Source: Blasia pusilla
Lineage: Eukaryota
Length of the DNA stretch: 64,000 nucleotides
Direction: 5' to 3'
Assembly: GCA_050084515.1 (NCBI GenBank)
Contig: CM114271.1
Location: forward strand, 40,796,001-40,860,000
Below, piece by piece: positions 27,151 to 39,979 of this stretch (positions are counted from its first letter, which is position 1; each line of letters opens with the position of its first letter). The position numbers and the translations under genes were made by a program. Below the pieces are notes generated by a model. The model did not search any database, was not told the origin of the DNA, and saw nothing but the letters and a program-made list of their open reading frames with translations.

Positions 27151-28420
27151 AATCCCATGGCTTCATCTTTAACATACCCTTCTAACATGCAACCCTCTGG
27201 TCTTGCTTTAGACGTGACATGCTTTTTAATTGTTCTCATGTACCTCTCTATTGGGTGCGTCCAGCGACAAGCCACTGGTCCACAAATATCAAGTTCCTCT
27301 ATTAAATGGACAAGTAAATGGGTCATTACGTCAAAGAAGGCAGGAGGAAAGTGCACCTCTAATAGACATAAGATGATAATGGTATCCTCACGTAGTCTTT
27401 TCAAGTTGGGAAGCATCATAGACTTTGACACATATACTTTTAAAGAACCTAATTAACCTCATTATAATCATCCGAACTTCCTTTTTCATGAGGCCACACA
27501 AAGAGTAAGGTAGGATTTGATGAATCAACACATGGTAGTCATATGAGTTCATATTTTCCATTTTCTTGTTAACCACATGTTTCTTCTACTGACCACAATA
27601 CTCCGTGGGCGCTTTCAATTCCTGAATTGTACCAAGAACTATCATCAACTCATGAGGAGACAGTACATAATGTGCAGTAGGTTTCAAAAGATCTTCTACT
27701 CTTTGCAGATGCTGCTGCAACCACGAATGAGGTCGAACTCTTCTTGCCTCCATATCTCTTCTAAACTTGACTATGTCTTTCATTCCAAATATTGTCTTTA
27801 CTAAGTTCCCAACAATGTTATTCTCCACATGCATGACATCCAAGGTATGGCGAATGAGAAGATGTTGATTTTTTATCAAGGAATCTCGTCAAAGACAAAT
27901 GTGAAACCAAAACAAATCCTGATAATAAGACTTTTGTTCAAGGGAAAATTAAGTTGCTAGGATACTTTCCAATAAGGTAAATTGAAGAGAAAACTCCTCC
28001 TCTTGACTCCTATTTTCTTGTATGGGTCTGAAGTACCATCTTCTCGTCCTCCACTCTCGTCATATTCTAGTTTCTCCGGAGTCCAAGCCAGAATCTCCTC
28101 ACTTGTAACTCTTTCTGGTGGTGGCCTTGTTTCCCCTCTACCATTAAAATGGATGCCATACTTCCTACCTCTCCAAGGATGAGTACAAGGCAAGTATCAT
28201 CGATGACCTCCAAAGATGGGTTTGCCACATTCTTTGGAGAAATTTGATTCTATCCGAGGCCCACATGTGGTATACGCAAGCTTCCCACCATGGCTTTGCC
28301 CTGAGATTTTACCTAATGCAGGATAGTCATTGATAGTCCAAAGAATCATCGCCTTAAAAGTAAACTCCCACTGCCCACGAGGTCTTTGAACATCTTGGAG
28401 CACCACTCCCGCCACCACCC
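27151..28420 (-). mobile_element. CACTA (En/Spm) TnpD transposase fragment, pseudogene
   Basis: ILWTINDYPALGKISG (Transposase_21-like), LLIRHTLDVMHVENNI, and LEVHFPPAFFDVMTHLLVHL...GPVACRWTHPIERYM...RPEGCM (DUF4218-like). Confidence 0.9.
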
Positions 28421-28626
28421 CCAGATTTTTGGCACTTTGGGCAAATTATTGAATCTTTCAGATCCCCACGGAACAACACACATCCCATGGGACGTGCATG
28501 ATATGAATCGTAACTCAATCCTAGCTTTCCTATAAGCTTTTTGGCGCGTAATAACTAAGAGGAACATGGTTTTCTACTGGAAGAATGAGTTTACCAAGCA
28601 TCTTCAAGATCTCACAAAGAGCAATG

Positions 28627-29389
28627 TGTCGTGCGCATATACATCGCTACACAATATACATCGTTGTTGACAAACATACACACAAACAAATACGATCCCA
28701 TGCTAATATGACATCCAAAAAACAAGACAAGAAGTACGAAAATATCTCCAATAAAATAGGATCTAATCTCTCTCAACACCACAACTCTCAAATGTGTGCA
28801 CTCTAACATATCTCTCTCAACGTCAAACCCAACCCACTCTCCTAATGAGAGGCTTGGGTTACACTCACAAGGCAAGGGACCATACTCCGCCGCCTCGTGC
28901 CAAGAGGTTCAACAAAGAGCGAATGAGTTCTCAACCTCTCTCTCCTTGAGGTATACCCCCTTCCCTCTCCCAACCTCTCTCCTCGATAACCTACGCTCGC
29001 AGGTCACCTCCTTGGCTCTTGACCTGCTGTAGCGGGTCAAGTGCCACTTCCCAAAGTGAAAATTAAACTCTACCAAACATGGAAACTTACCCAAAATAAT
29101 AAGTTTCTCTATATGGCTCCAAATGAGCCGAAACGAAGGGGAAATCTACTCTCTCACGTTTCCCAGGACCTAAGAAAGTCATCCTTGACCTCCTGAGCCT
29201 GTCCTCCTCTATCCTAAACAATCTGCCAGATAACCTTGATCTATCATAAAAGTCGTGACATCTGTCGTGCGCATATACATCGCTACATAGCATATATCGC
29301 TGTCGACAAAGATACACACAAACATGCACAATCCCATGCTAACTCATGGCATCCAAACAACGAGACAAGAAGTACCAAAATATCTCCAA
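28627..29389. mobile_element. LTR-like unit (28627-29260, TG...CA) directly followed by a partial second copy (29263-~29389)
   Basis: TGTCGTGCGCATATACATCGCTACA occurs at 28627 and 29263. The first unit ends GTCGTGACA. The terminal 10-mer is shared with the chromovirus LTR end at 29643. Confidence 0.55.
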
Positions 29390-29642
29390 CCACCCCCCTA
29401 GTTGATGGTTAGATCCCTCTAACTCCAGATAGCCATCTATCCCTACCTACCATGACATACATCTCTTGGACGCTAAGAGCAAAAAGGTCAGGTGCTCATG
29501 TGGCCCCATCATTAGTCGCCTTCTTGTCATCCATGTCATAGACATAAGTCGGAATCTAGAACTACCTACTCTATGAACATCTGGGACACATCCATCGTCG
29601 TTCAGGAATCCTAGTGAGAGGTGGTGTCAGACATGTCATATT

Positions 29643-30672
29643 TGTCGTGCGCCTACTCTCCTTGAACAGTAATTGTTGTTGTTGCGGAAGCGTGTGTTCA
29701 GTAAGTAGGTCACGCTCTCAACGCTGATCTGCATCCAAATACGCACTCTAGTTAGTCGAGTCTGGATCAATCAGTGGGCTAAATTTCCAAGTTCTCGTCT
29801 CGGTCTCTCATAAAACTCAACCTTCCTAGATTTGCAGTTTACAACATAGGCTAGTCTCGAAAGACTTGGGATAGACTTTCTAGTCGGTTCTGGAACCTCA
29901 AACGGGGTTTCATGCTTGGCGGTTCCAACTGTCCGATGGACATCCAATGAGTCCCTAACCGAGACTCACACAAAATGAATCATGGTTCGGAATCCAAGTG
30001 TGGCGTACAAAGTCCACTCCCTTGGATCAGGTTTGGGTTTCGAGTTCCAACGCCAAACTCCCGTTCCATCCAGTGCCCTTGAGACGCTGTTTGGTGCAAA
30101 AAATGAGGATTCGTGTTCTAAGACATATTGGAGAAACTCCTCCCTTACAAGTACTTGTGGAGATCTCCGGGGTCCCCCTAACTTTAGGGAAGGACAGTTG
30201 GACCCCTCAAAGTGGCCCTCAAACCGATTGCTCTCATAGTCATTTTTTGCCAATATCTCTGTTTTACTCATGCATTTTCTAAGACCTTTGGTTCATTGGA
30301 AGCGCCAAAGAATTATCTTTCCAACGCCCTTATTTGTCCCAAACTCATCTTGGAGCTAAACGTTATGGTCCAAAATACAGTCAACTTCCCCAAACGCTAG
30401 TCGCGTTCCAAAACTGGTTCTCACCTCTTTGGCAACCAACCTTTAAGACTCAACTCATCTCGAGTCTTGGTTTGCATTTGGTTTAGGTTTCTTGGTCGCG
30501 ACCACTAACGCATGAAACACACAACTCCATTCCGCATTTCATCTTGTGGACTTTTCCAAGAGACCTTCCAAAAGCCTCTCCAAAGCGCGATCATCGTAGT
30601 GTGAGTCCACTTGAGTTATGATGTTCCGCTTGGCACCGATTTGGTGTTTGTTTGGTTATAATGGTCGGGACA
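29643..30672 (-). mobile_element. 3' LTR (~1030 bp) of the chromovirus
   Basis: Minus strand runs TGTCCCGACC...GCGCACGACA. It is homologous along its length to the solo LTR at 62232-63243 and is preceded by a PPT. Confidence 0.9.
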
Positions 30673-30685
30673 GTCACCCCTCCTT
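30673..30685 (-). promoter_or_regulatory. Polypurine tract
   Basis: AAGGAGGGGTGAC immediately before the LTR TG on the minus strand. Confidence 0.8.
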
Positions 30686-31365
30686 AGAAAGTTGATGTCC
30701 TCATGAATGCAAACCTTTGTAATGTTAAGTTCTAGGAAGCCGATCCCTTGACACTGAATCGCGTTCTGGTAGCTAACCCGCAATTCCTCTTTTGGCTTAA
30801 GTCTTAGGCTGTCGCTTGCAGCACTTAGAATTGTTAGCTTCTACACTTCAATCAGCCTAGACCAATTCTGCAGAACTAATCTAAACTATCAAAATAAGCT
30901 AACTAAGTCTGCAACCTAACACTTCACTTAGTATTTGTAAACAACCGCCTATTTATCTAGCCAACTCGTACTACTTTTGGGTCACTCGTATTCTACTTAG
31001 GCGCGTCACTAAGTTCACTCATGCAATATGAATGAGATCACCATAAACCCCAAGACACACTTATCTGCCCCACCGACGTAGGGCGGGTCCAAATGTTAGT
31101 ACTTCAACACTTGGTCATGATCTAGATGCCTTATCCGAATACAAGTTCTCACCTCAAATACTCATTGTTTGGCATCCTTGACTTACATCCTAAGCATATG
31201 AAGAACTACTCATTGCCATGCACTACCAAACTCAAAATCACGATCACAAGCACCGGATCTCCAAATCCTTGCATTCTTTATTGCAACAACTAAACTTTTC
31301 TAGTTACAACGGGTTATCGGCCCAAACTTCCTGGTCACAAGTTATGTCCTTTGCTTCACCATGTA

Positions 31366-34300
31366 CTAACGTATGTGCCTATCTTGCATCCATTTGAAGT
31401 CTCCCAATGCCTCTTGCGCGTGCTCAAGATCTTCCTCCGCAATCCAAGTTGCCTCTTTCACATGGTGGCTTTTCCACTTGACCAAGTGCTCGTACTCGAT
31501 GGTTCTATGTCTCGAATGCATAAAGGTGCCCATCTCGAACTTTGGTTCCTCATTTTTTATGATCGGTTGTGGTCTCAACACAATCCTTCGTTCCGGACGC
31601 ACATTGTCTTGAAGACACTTCTTCAATAATGACACATGGAAAGTCGGGTGAATCTTGAACTTGGTTGAGGATGTGTACACATCCTCAAAAGGCTTTTCGT
31701 TGATCACATATGGTCCAACATACTTGGATGAAAATTTTGCGGACAATTCCTCCTGAAGAGTGAGATTCTTTACACTCAACCACACTTGCTCCCCAACTTG
31801 GAAACTCACTTGGCGCCAACTTTTGTTAGCATGCTTTACGTATCTTAGTTGAGCCTTGGCAAGACTTATCCTCGCTCTCTCTTATCGTTCATGCATTTCC
31901 ACTAACAAACCTTGTGTCGTTGCTTGACGAGTGTGTGTCAATGTAGCGCCCCTTGAAAGGACCAAGTCAAGAGGCCCTTCTGGTTCTCTATGATACACCA
32001 AAAGAAACGGATGTTCTCCGATTGTAGAATGCTTGGTCGAGTTGTAACAATACTCAACCATACTTAGCCACTTTGCCTAATCTCTTTGGTCCGCACTCAC
32101 GTAATTGCTTAAGTACTAGTTCACGATCGAGTTTAGTTTTTCGGTTTGCCCATCTGTTTGAGGATGGAAGACCGTACTAAAGTTGAGTTTGGTCCTAAAC
32201 CTCTTGAATAGATGTTTCCAAAAGGCACTGGTAAACTTCAGATCTTGATCGGACACAATCCTCCTAGGAAATCCGCGAGCTTGCCACCAACCATCCAGGA
32301 ACAGTCGCAAAGTCGTGTAGGCCATCGCAGAATCTCTCGTCGGCACAAACCTCCCCAACTTGCTAAATCGATCAACTATCATAAGTAAAGCGTTGTATCC
32401 CTCAGATTCTGGAAGACTCGTAATGAAATCCATGCTAATGCTTTGCAAGGGTCCCTATGGGATCGGCAAAGGACGAACGAAGTAAGCCTTGCTTCTTGGC
32501 ATAAGAAACTCTGTTTGTCTGACAGGTCACGCAGGTCTTCACATATTGAGCAACATCTTCTTTCATGTTGGGCCAGAAGAACCTCTTGGCCGAAACAACA
32601 AGAGTGGATTTCTCCCCTTTGTGTCTTGCCAAGATCCATCATGACATTCCACAAACACTTTGGTCCGTAGCTTGCCTTGGCCTACATAGATCCTGCTCTA
32701 CTTAACCTTAGCAAGGTGTGCCTCAAACTTAGATTGGCCACCTTCTCGCCTCGCTTCAACTTCCCAAGGCACTCACTCGCTTGCGCATGCTTCATGTATG
32801 CTTCACGAATCCTTCTTTCCAGATCTGTTTCATTAGGGAACATTGCTCTCAAGACTTGTGTCCTCGATGGCATATGCTTATCCCTATGACTTAACGCTTC
32901 TAGAATGATATTGTCTTTCCCCGACTGGTTGATAAGCTCCAAATTTTTCAATGCCAAGGTATCATGCCATGGAAGTTGCTTCGGTGTTACGCAATCCCGA
33001 GTCTCAAAATACTTGAGCGATATGTTATCCATGAATACTCGATTCTTGTAAAGTCCCAGATAGTGACGCCACTTCCTCGAGAAATGAACCGCCACAAACA
33101 ACTCTTTCTTATGAGTGGGCTATCTCCTTTCGGTATCGCTAACTTTCTTTTTCTCGTATGCTTACAAGTCTCCTTTTTGCACCAATATTCTTGTAATCGC
33201 GAAATCACTAGCATCAGTGTGCACCTCGGACGGTTGGTCAAACTCTGGTAGCTTCAAAACTGGTTCCTGCAAGAGGATCTCCTTGACTCTGTTGAACACT
33301 TTATCCACTTCCTCGATCCATGTTGTGTTGGCAAACTTGGTGGTCCAATCTGTGAGAGGTTTCACTATTCCCAGAAGTTCTTCACCTATGTCCGGTAAAA
33401 TTGGACCGCTCTAATGAATCTCCTCATCCCCTTCACAGTGGAAGGCGGTTCCCATTCGGAAATCGCGCTTACCTTCTCCATGTCTGGACTCACTCCATCT
33501 GCACTAACCACATACTGCAAGAACTTGATCTTTGTCAAACCGAACTCACTCTTATCCGCATTTGCATACAGCTTGTTCGCCCTGAGTTTTTCAAACACTG
33601 TCTTCAAATATCGAGCGTGCTTTTCTAATGTTTTCGAATAGATGAGTATGTCATCTATGTAGATGATCACAAACTCATCAGTCTCCTTGTGAAAGATGGA
33701 GTTCATCAAAGTGGTGAATGTTGGAGGTGCATTACAAAGACCGAAAGGCATTACCACAAACGCGAACGAACCGTATCTCGCCTTACACGCAGACTCTTCT
33801 CTACATGCGCTTCCGCAATCCGAATCTTATAATATCCTGATTTCAGGTCAATCCGGCTGAAACACTTGGCACTTGATCATCGATCAAAGAGGTCATCCAT
33901 CCTTGGAATAGGATAGTTGTTCCTTACCGTCACTTTATTCAGCGCCCGGTAATCAACACAAAGTCTCAACTTTCCATCTTTCTTCTTCACAAATAGAACG
34001 GGCGCTCCATAAGGTGACTTGCTAGTTTGGATGTAACCTCTCTTTAGGAGTTCACCCAACTCTTTCTTCAACTTAGCAAGTTCTTCTTGATTCAACCTAT
34101 GTGGTGCCTTTGAAGGTGTTTGAGATCTGGGTATCACCTCTATCTTATGATCAACTGCCCTATATGGCGACAACTCAGTTGGAAGCTCCTTAGTCAACAC
34201 ATCTTCAAATTCTTTCACAACTCTCTTGAGTGTTTTAGGAATTCCCCTTGAAGCCGAGCTATGATCTCTGCACCTCGCGCTTGCATCATCATCTACTTGT

Positions 34301-34575
34301 CTCATCAAGCAAAGGAATCCTTCCTCTAACTCAGTCAAACTCGTACTCGTGATGGTGTTCATCAACTGCGTCTTTCTAGGAACCTCAGGAACCAATCTGA
34401 CGTCCGTCCATTTACCGCTAACCAAGACGCTCAACCTCAAATGTCTTTGCCTTAGTTCCACCTCATACGCATCCAAGAACATATTTCCCAAGACTCCATT
34501 GATTCCGTCCATCTCGCAATCTGTGAAATTTTCCTTCAACTCGAATACTCCACATCCCACAACTAACCCTAAAAC
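31366..34575 (-). pseudogene. Chromovirus (Ty3/gypsy) pol: protease tail, RT, RNase H, integrase, chromodomain; 5' truncated and frameshifted
   Basis: [84 protein letters not shown], and chromodomain LVKWKSHHVKEATW. Confidence 0.93.
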
Positions 34576-35249
34576 GGGGGCTGGTATTGAGGCAGGAGAG
34601 AGGGAGAGAGAAGAGGAAGAGAGGAGAGTCTCTCTTTAAAAAAAAAAGGGCCAAATCCGCCTCCTCTCTTCAAAAAAATTTTACATATTTGAAATTTTTT
34701 TTGCTTTCAAATTCATGAAATCTTTAGAAGAGAGTAGGTAGTGGTCCACATTCGGGCCTAAAGAAACCTCCTTTTTCCAAGGGGCGAAAAACAAGTAGAC
34801 ATCATAAGACCACTACAAACATTTTCCCATCACTCTCCATGTGAGCCTAAGTTTTTTCACGCTGTCTCGCCTCTGATGGCAATGTGCCTGGGCTATTTTT
34901 TTTTGGAGGACCATTGGCAAATAATGTGATCAGAAGTAGCAATCTCATCTCAATGAAAGGTTCAAATAAAGACCAACTTTGTGAAATGTGAACATAGAAG
35001 ACGATAATTGAACCAAAACATTGTTAGTTGTTTGGAATAAAGAGGAACTGATGTCCCTTCATTCAGATCCGAAATCTGAGAAACTGAGAAGCTGCACCCT
35101 TCCCAATCCGTCGGAGTTTTACATGTTGCAACTCTTGCAACCCATCGGAATCAGATGGCTTGCACCCTTTGCAAGCAAGCTCACCATAACAAAGGAAAGA
35201 TTTTGAGAAGTGATTCCATTCCACCCTGCACCCTCGAAGATCCAATTGG

Positions 35250-36380
35250 TTGGGAATCCGAAATGGCAATCCGACAAGCTTTAGGAATCCAACACGTCTT
35301 AGAGAAGAAAAGAAGCCTACGACTGGTTTGACAATACTAGGGGAACGAGCCAAAAGTGAAGAAGTCCGTCAGAATGCCTCAAAAGTTGGTCTCATAGGGA
35401 AAGAGTCCGATCACTCAAGCAGCCAACCTGTCGGAATCCGACAGCTTGCTTGGAAATGGTTAAAAAGTTGCAATGGTGAAAAAGTGACAAGTTGCAACCC
35501 GTCTGAATCAGACAGGTTGCAAAATAAACATTCTAAGTAGCTAGACGAACACAATCGACAAGGTCACAAAAAATATTCAGCAAAATTTTACAAACACCAT
35601 TATCGTTTGAAAAAATCTTGTCCCTTATTACATCCGAAGGAAGCTCGGAAACGATCATTTGATCTAGTATATGATTTCTTCAGCCTCGTCATCTACAAAT
35701 TTACTCCTAACTCTCCTAGGTTCCTGTACAAAAGGAATGTCGTGGGATACAAGTGGCTCCTCTGGCCAATTGTAGACGGGGATCGAAAATATTGGCGAAT
35801 TCGAGAGCCTTGGCACCCCCTTAGGTACACCATAACGGTCCCATGTAACCTGATTTGAGTCCCACCGCCTTCCTTGGCAGTAAATCTTGTACGCTCTGCA
35901 ATATGACACCCATCCAGTATCAATATGTGCTCCGTCCTTGGAGACACCATCATGTCCTCAGCCAGGTAGTAGGAATCCAACACGTATTAGAGAAGAGAGG
36001 AAGCGTAAGACTTGTTTGACGAAACTAGGGGAAGGTGCCAAAGTGAAGAAGCCCACCAGAATGCCTGTAAAGTTTGACTAACAGGGAAAGAGTTCGATCA
36101 CTCACGCAGCCATCCTGTCAGAATCCGATAGGTTTCCTGGAAGTGGTTAAAAAGGTGCAGTGGTCAAAAAGTGAAAAGTTGCAACCTGTGGCAATCCGAC
36201 GGGTTGAAATATGAAGTGTCAGAGTACATAGACGATCACAATCGACAAGACCAAAAAAGATATTCAACAAACTTTTACAAACACCATCATTGTTTGAAAA
36301 AATCTTGTCTTTTATTACATCCGAAGGAAGCTCAGAACTGTACATTTGATCTATTCTATGAATTCTTTTGCCTCATCAAA
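35250..36380. repeat. Subterminal direct repeat (~690-bp period) in the left arm, mirrored at ~50000-51110 in the right arm
   Basis: GGAATCCAACACGT..TAGAGAAGA at ~35284 and ~35972. AAACACCAT....GTTTGAAAAAATCTTGTC at ~35592 and ~36279. Confidence 0.8.
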
Positions 36381-36434
36381 TAAATCCCTACTCCAAAACG
36401 CTGCAATCAAGCACGGTCCTTGAGTACTTTGAAC

Positions 36435-39400
36435 TCACTCTTCATCGTCTGAGAGCTCCTCCAGAATCACTGTCAGCCTTGCCCTCCCGATTGTTTGAAT
36501 TGTGGGAAGTGACGATGGTGTCACTACCAATGGTGGGTCTCGAACCGGAGCTGTCGGCTTCGAAGGAGAGTTGTACTAGCAACAGGCTAGTTGGAGGCCC
36601 CAATTAGCATGTCGTAATGTGCCTTTGCCTCTTTGCAAAGGTCAAACAATTCCTGCCTTCCCTCAAGGCAAAGAATGTTCCTGCCACTTTGCCAGGCGCC
36701 TCTGATACTCGCCCCCGAAAGGCCCACTAAGTCGAACACCAAGTCACCCGGCCTTGAGCAGAGCTCAATTAGCGTTTGCATCAGCACCGTCAACTTTTCC
36801 CTTCCTCCAAGTAAGGGGATACCATTTTCCATGTAAATTCCTGGGGAGGAAATGTATAAACTATCTAAGCTGTACCCATCAGAGCATGGATCCATTGGAT
36901 CGAGGATCTGAAACACTTGGAAGTTGTGCTCATGCCTTACAAAACAGTAGACAAAGGAGTGGTCCATCTGTTAAGAAGTAGGTTTGGAAAAAATGTCAAC
37001 AACAAGAAAGAGCTAATTTCAGTATGCAACAACAAGAAAGGTATACTATTAGAATGGTGACACAATGTGCAACTCGTTCCCAAAGAACTTTGCTTAACCC
37101 CAGAGAACTTAGTTATAGTCCTAATATTGGAGCAACCTGTTGGAGTCCAACGGGTTGTTTTACAAGTGTTAGTGATTTTTTTTGCCATTAGCAACCCGTC
37201 ACAAGGCGACAGGTTGCTAGCTTAGAGCAGCCCATGGTTGGCTAAGAGCAACCTGTTGATTCAGACGCGTTGCATCATTCTAGATACACAAAGAAAAGCA
37301 TAAGCACTTGCAACTCGTCGGGTTCCAACGGGTTGCATTCACCCAATGGAGACTTGCAGTAAATTTGCAACCCATCGCTTTCAGATGGATTGCACCACCG
37401 AAGTCTCCAGCTCAGAAAATCCGATGGGTTGCATGCAGAGATGCAACCCGTCGGAGCTAGAAAATATGGATATGGATTTAGAGGCCTTACCTGGATTTGA
37501 CTCGTCGCGGATCAGAGTGGGTACTCGTTCTTGATGACCCACGATTGCGTCGTCCTTCACTTCAGCGGCGTCTTGACGCACTGCAGGTTGAAGAGCTCGT
37601 CTTGGCTCCCTCCAATCAAAACCAAGAAACAGCCCTTGTCACTGAGATAAGCGTTTGCAAAGGAAAACATGAGTGCGATCTGGTCATAAGAAAGAGGGAC
37701 ATTCTAGTCTGGGACACTGTAGAACGGATGCTTGTCCCACAAGCGCAACCTCGAGGGCAAATCAGCGACAAGGAGATCCACCGCGACCTCCTCGACCTCC
37801 CCATGGACCGTCCAAGGAGCGTGCCCGTTTTGTTGAATCTTCCGTCCCAGCGTTGTCAATTTGTCGATGGTGGGTGTCGACGCTTGGGAACTGAAACTTT
37901 TCAGCTCATCCAAAAGATTCGTGCAGTGAATGATGACGCTTGTCCGGGTCGTTGTTGATCTATGTCTTCCCAAGGATGATGGAGTGTATTCCACATCCTG
38001 GTCTGCTTCCTGGGACAAACCTGGTGCCTCTCGCTTCCGCTTCTCCCAAGTCTGCGATCGACTTGTTGGGGTCTCTATTACCTCATACTCTGGTGGAGTG
38101 TTTTTTGCGGAGGACCTGATCCAATCCTCTCTTTCCACTTGCCCGGAAGATTCCGCCCCTTGCCTTGAATTCTCAGCCTCCTTTTGGGAAGACTCGGCCT
38201 CGGAATTCTTTGATCCCCTCGCCTTGGGTTTGAGACCCGCCATAGATTTTTCCTTGGCGGTGACGACCTTGGACACCAACTCCGTTGTCTCGATGGCTTG
38301 CTCCTCCGCATCTCCTTCGAAAAAGTCTTCAAGTTGCACAAAATTGGGGATGTCGTCCCTACCTGCGGCCACTACATCACTGAGCATGCGTAGATTTTTA
38401 TCGGTTATGTCCTCAGGATCGTTGAAGTCCAGCCAGATCGGGCAATTCTCCACCTCCCAGTCGGACATGCTTTGAGCCATCTCCATGTCGTACATGGAAA
38501 ATGTCTCTCCATTAGGCGGAGAAGCCCACAATTTGCAGGCTGCCGGTATTTTTTGCCACCTACTTGCATTCTTACAATGGACGAGGTACCTGATCACCAT
38601 GTGTTGGGCAACTCTTAGTCGACATGCATCGGCCGCCTGCTCCTGAAGATCTTGCTTTTTCTTTGCGAAATCCCTTTTCCTTCACCTCTATTTCTTCATC
38701 AAGGTCTGCCTCATGGAGGATGTGATCCTTGAACATCGTCCTGAAGCCTAGGTTTTTTATGGGCTTGTCCCGCATGTCATCCAGCCAAAGTTTAAAATCT
38801 TCAGCACTCTCTAGGTTTACTTCCTGCGGAACAACCTCTATTTTTTTCAGCTCTGCTTGGAGGCCCACGAGCATGGACTTCCCGAGAAGCCGCAACGCGT
38901 CCCAGAATGACCATTCACGGAGCCCGTGGGAGATCACTGGATCAGAGACACCTAGAGGATGCTGTACCACCCTCTTTTGGGCCTCTATGCCCTCGAGACT
39001 GATTTTCATTAGTCGGATTCTCCTAAATTCCGAAATTCCAGACAAGGCAAATCAATGGACACGTTCGAGAGATACTTTCTCCCCAATCCGACCGTGCGGA
39101 TCTTCATCCCTCTTCCGCTGGCGCTTGATTATCGCCTTCAGCTCCTTGTAGAAATCGGGGCCAAGTTCGGGGTTGAGAATGGCGATATAGCGCTGCATCT
39201 TGCTTGCAGTGTACTTCGTAGCTCGAGATACTACAGTTTGGATAAACTTAGCACGCTCAGACACAAACACTTTCTCCCTCCGCTCCAGCTCCAATGAAGC
39301 GCTCTTCTTGGCGGCCTGTATCTTCGACCAGCAAAGGATTGTCAGGGCTGCATCTTGGGAAATAAATGTATTTTCCCAAGTCTTTTTTTTTATTTGAGCC

Positions 39401-39584
39401 CCCTTCGCCAGCATCTCATTTACAAGGGCGTCGCCCAAGAACATGTGGTTTCCACTCTTGAACTGGGTCCACGCCATGAACTTGTGGTTTCCATCCCAGA
39501 TGAAGAAATACAGGTTCCGCATCCAACTCAATTCCGTCCCCTCAATCGCCCTTCTGAATTCATGATCTCTCATCCTCCAGAATG
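36435..39584 (-). pseudogene. Left-arm copy of the ParB-like + N6A/N4C methyltransferase-like gene (5' truncated, internal deletion, intron 37490-36968)
   Basis: FFIWDGNHKFMAW; VDLLVADLPS; REKLTVLMQTLIELCSRPGDLVFDLVGLSGASIRGAWQSGRNILCLE. Colinear with the right-arm gene. Confidence 0.75.
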
Positions 39585-39979
39585 GAGGTGCGGTAAGAGG
39601 AGAGGAAGAGAGGAGAGAGGAGAGAGGAAACTACCTTCAACCGAAATAGATACTTTTTTTTTAAGAGAGTTTCCGTTGGGTTGAAGAGAGGAAACTTTTT
39701 GTGTGAATTTTTTTGCACTTTTTTGTTCATTTATTAAGTAGTCCCACAGTTTTTTTTTCCTCTTCCATATTTTGGCAACCCCTCTGAGTTCGACGAGTTG
39801 CAAATTGCACAAAATTTAGAAAACTGAAAAATCAGTGGAATCATAATTGTGGAACCAATCACTTTTTCCATCCAAGGTCTGGAAAAAATCTGTCATTTTC
39901 CCCGGGCTGAATAGAGTTCAAGCTCAAAGTGAAGGTTCAGGAAAAATAAAAGTACAATCTAACACCTCATTTTGCATCC

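Noticed and set aside
37930-39151. Plus-strand ORFs of 181 and 140 aa (and minus-strand 46882-47604)
   Set aside because: Antisense shadows of the ParB-MTase gene copies.
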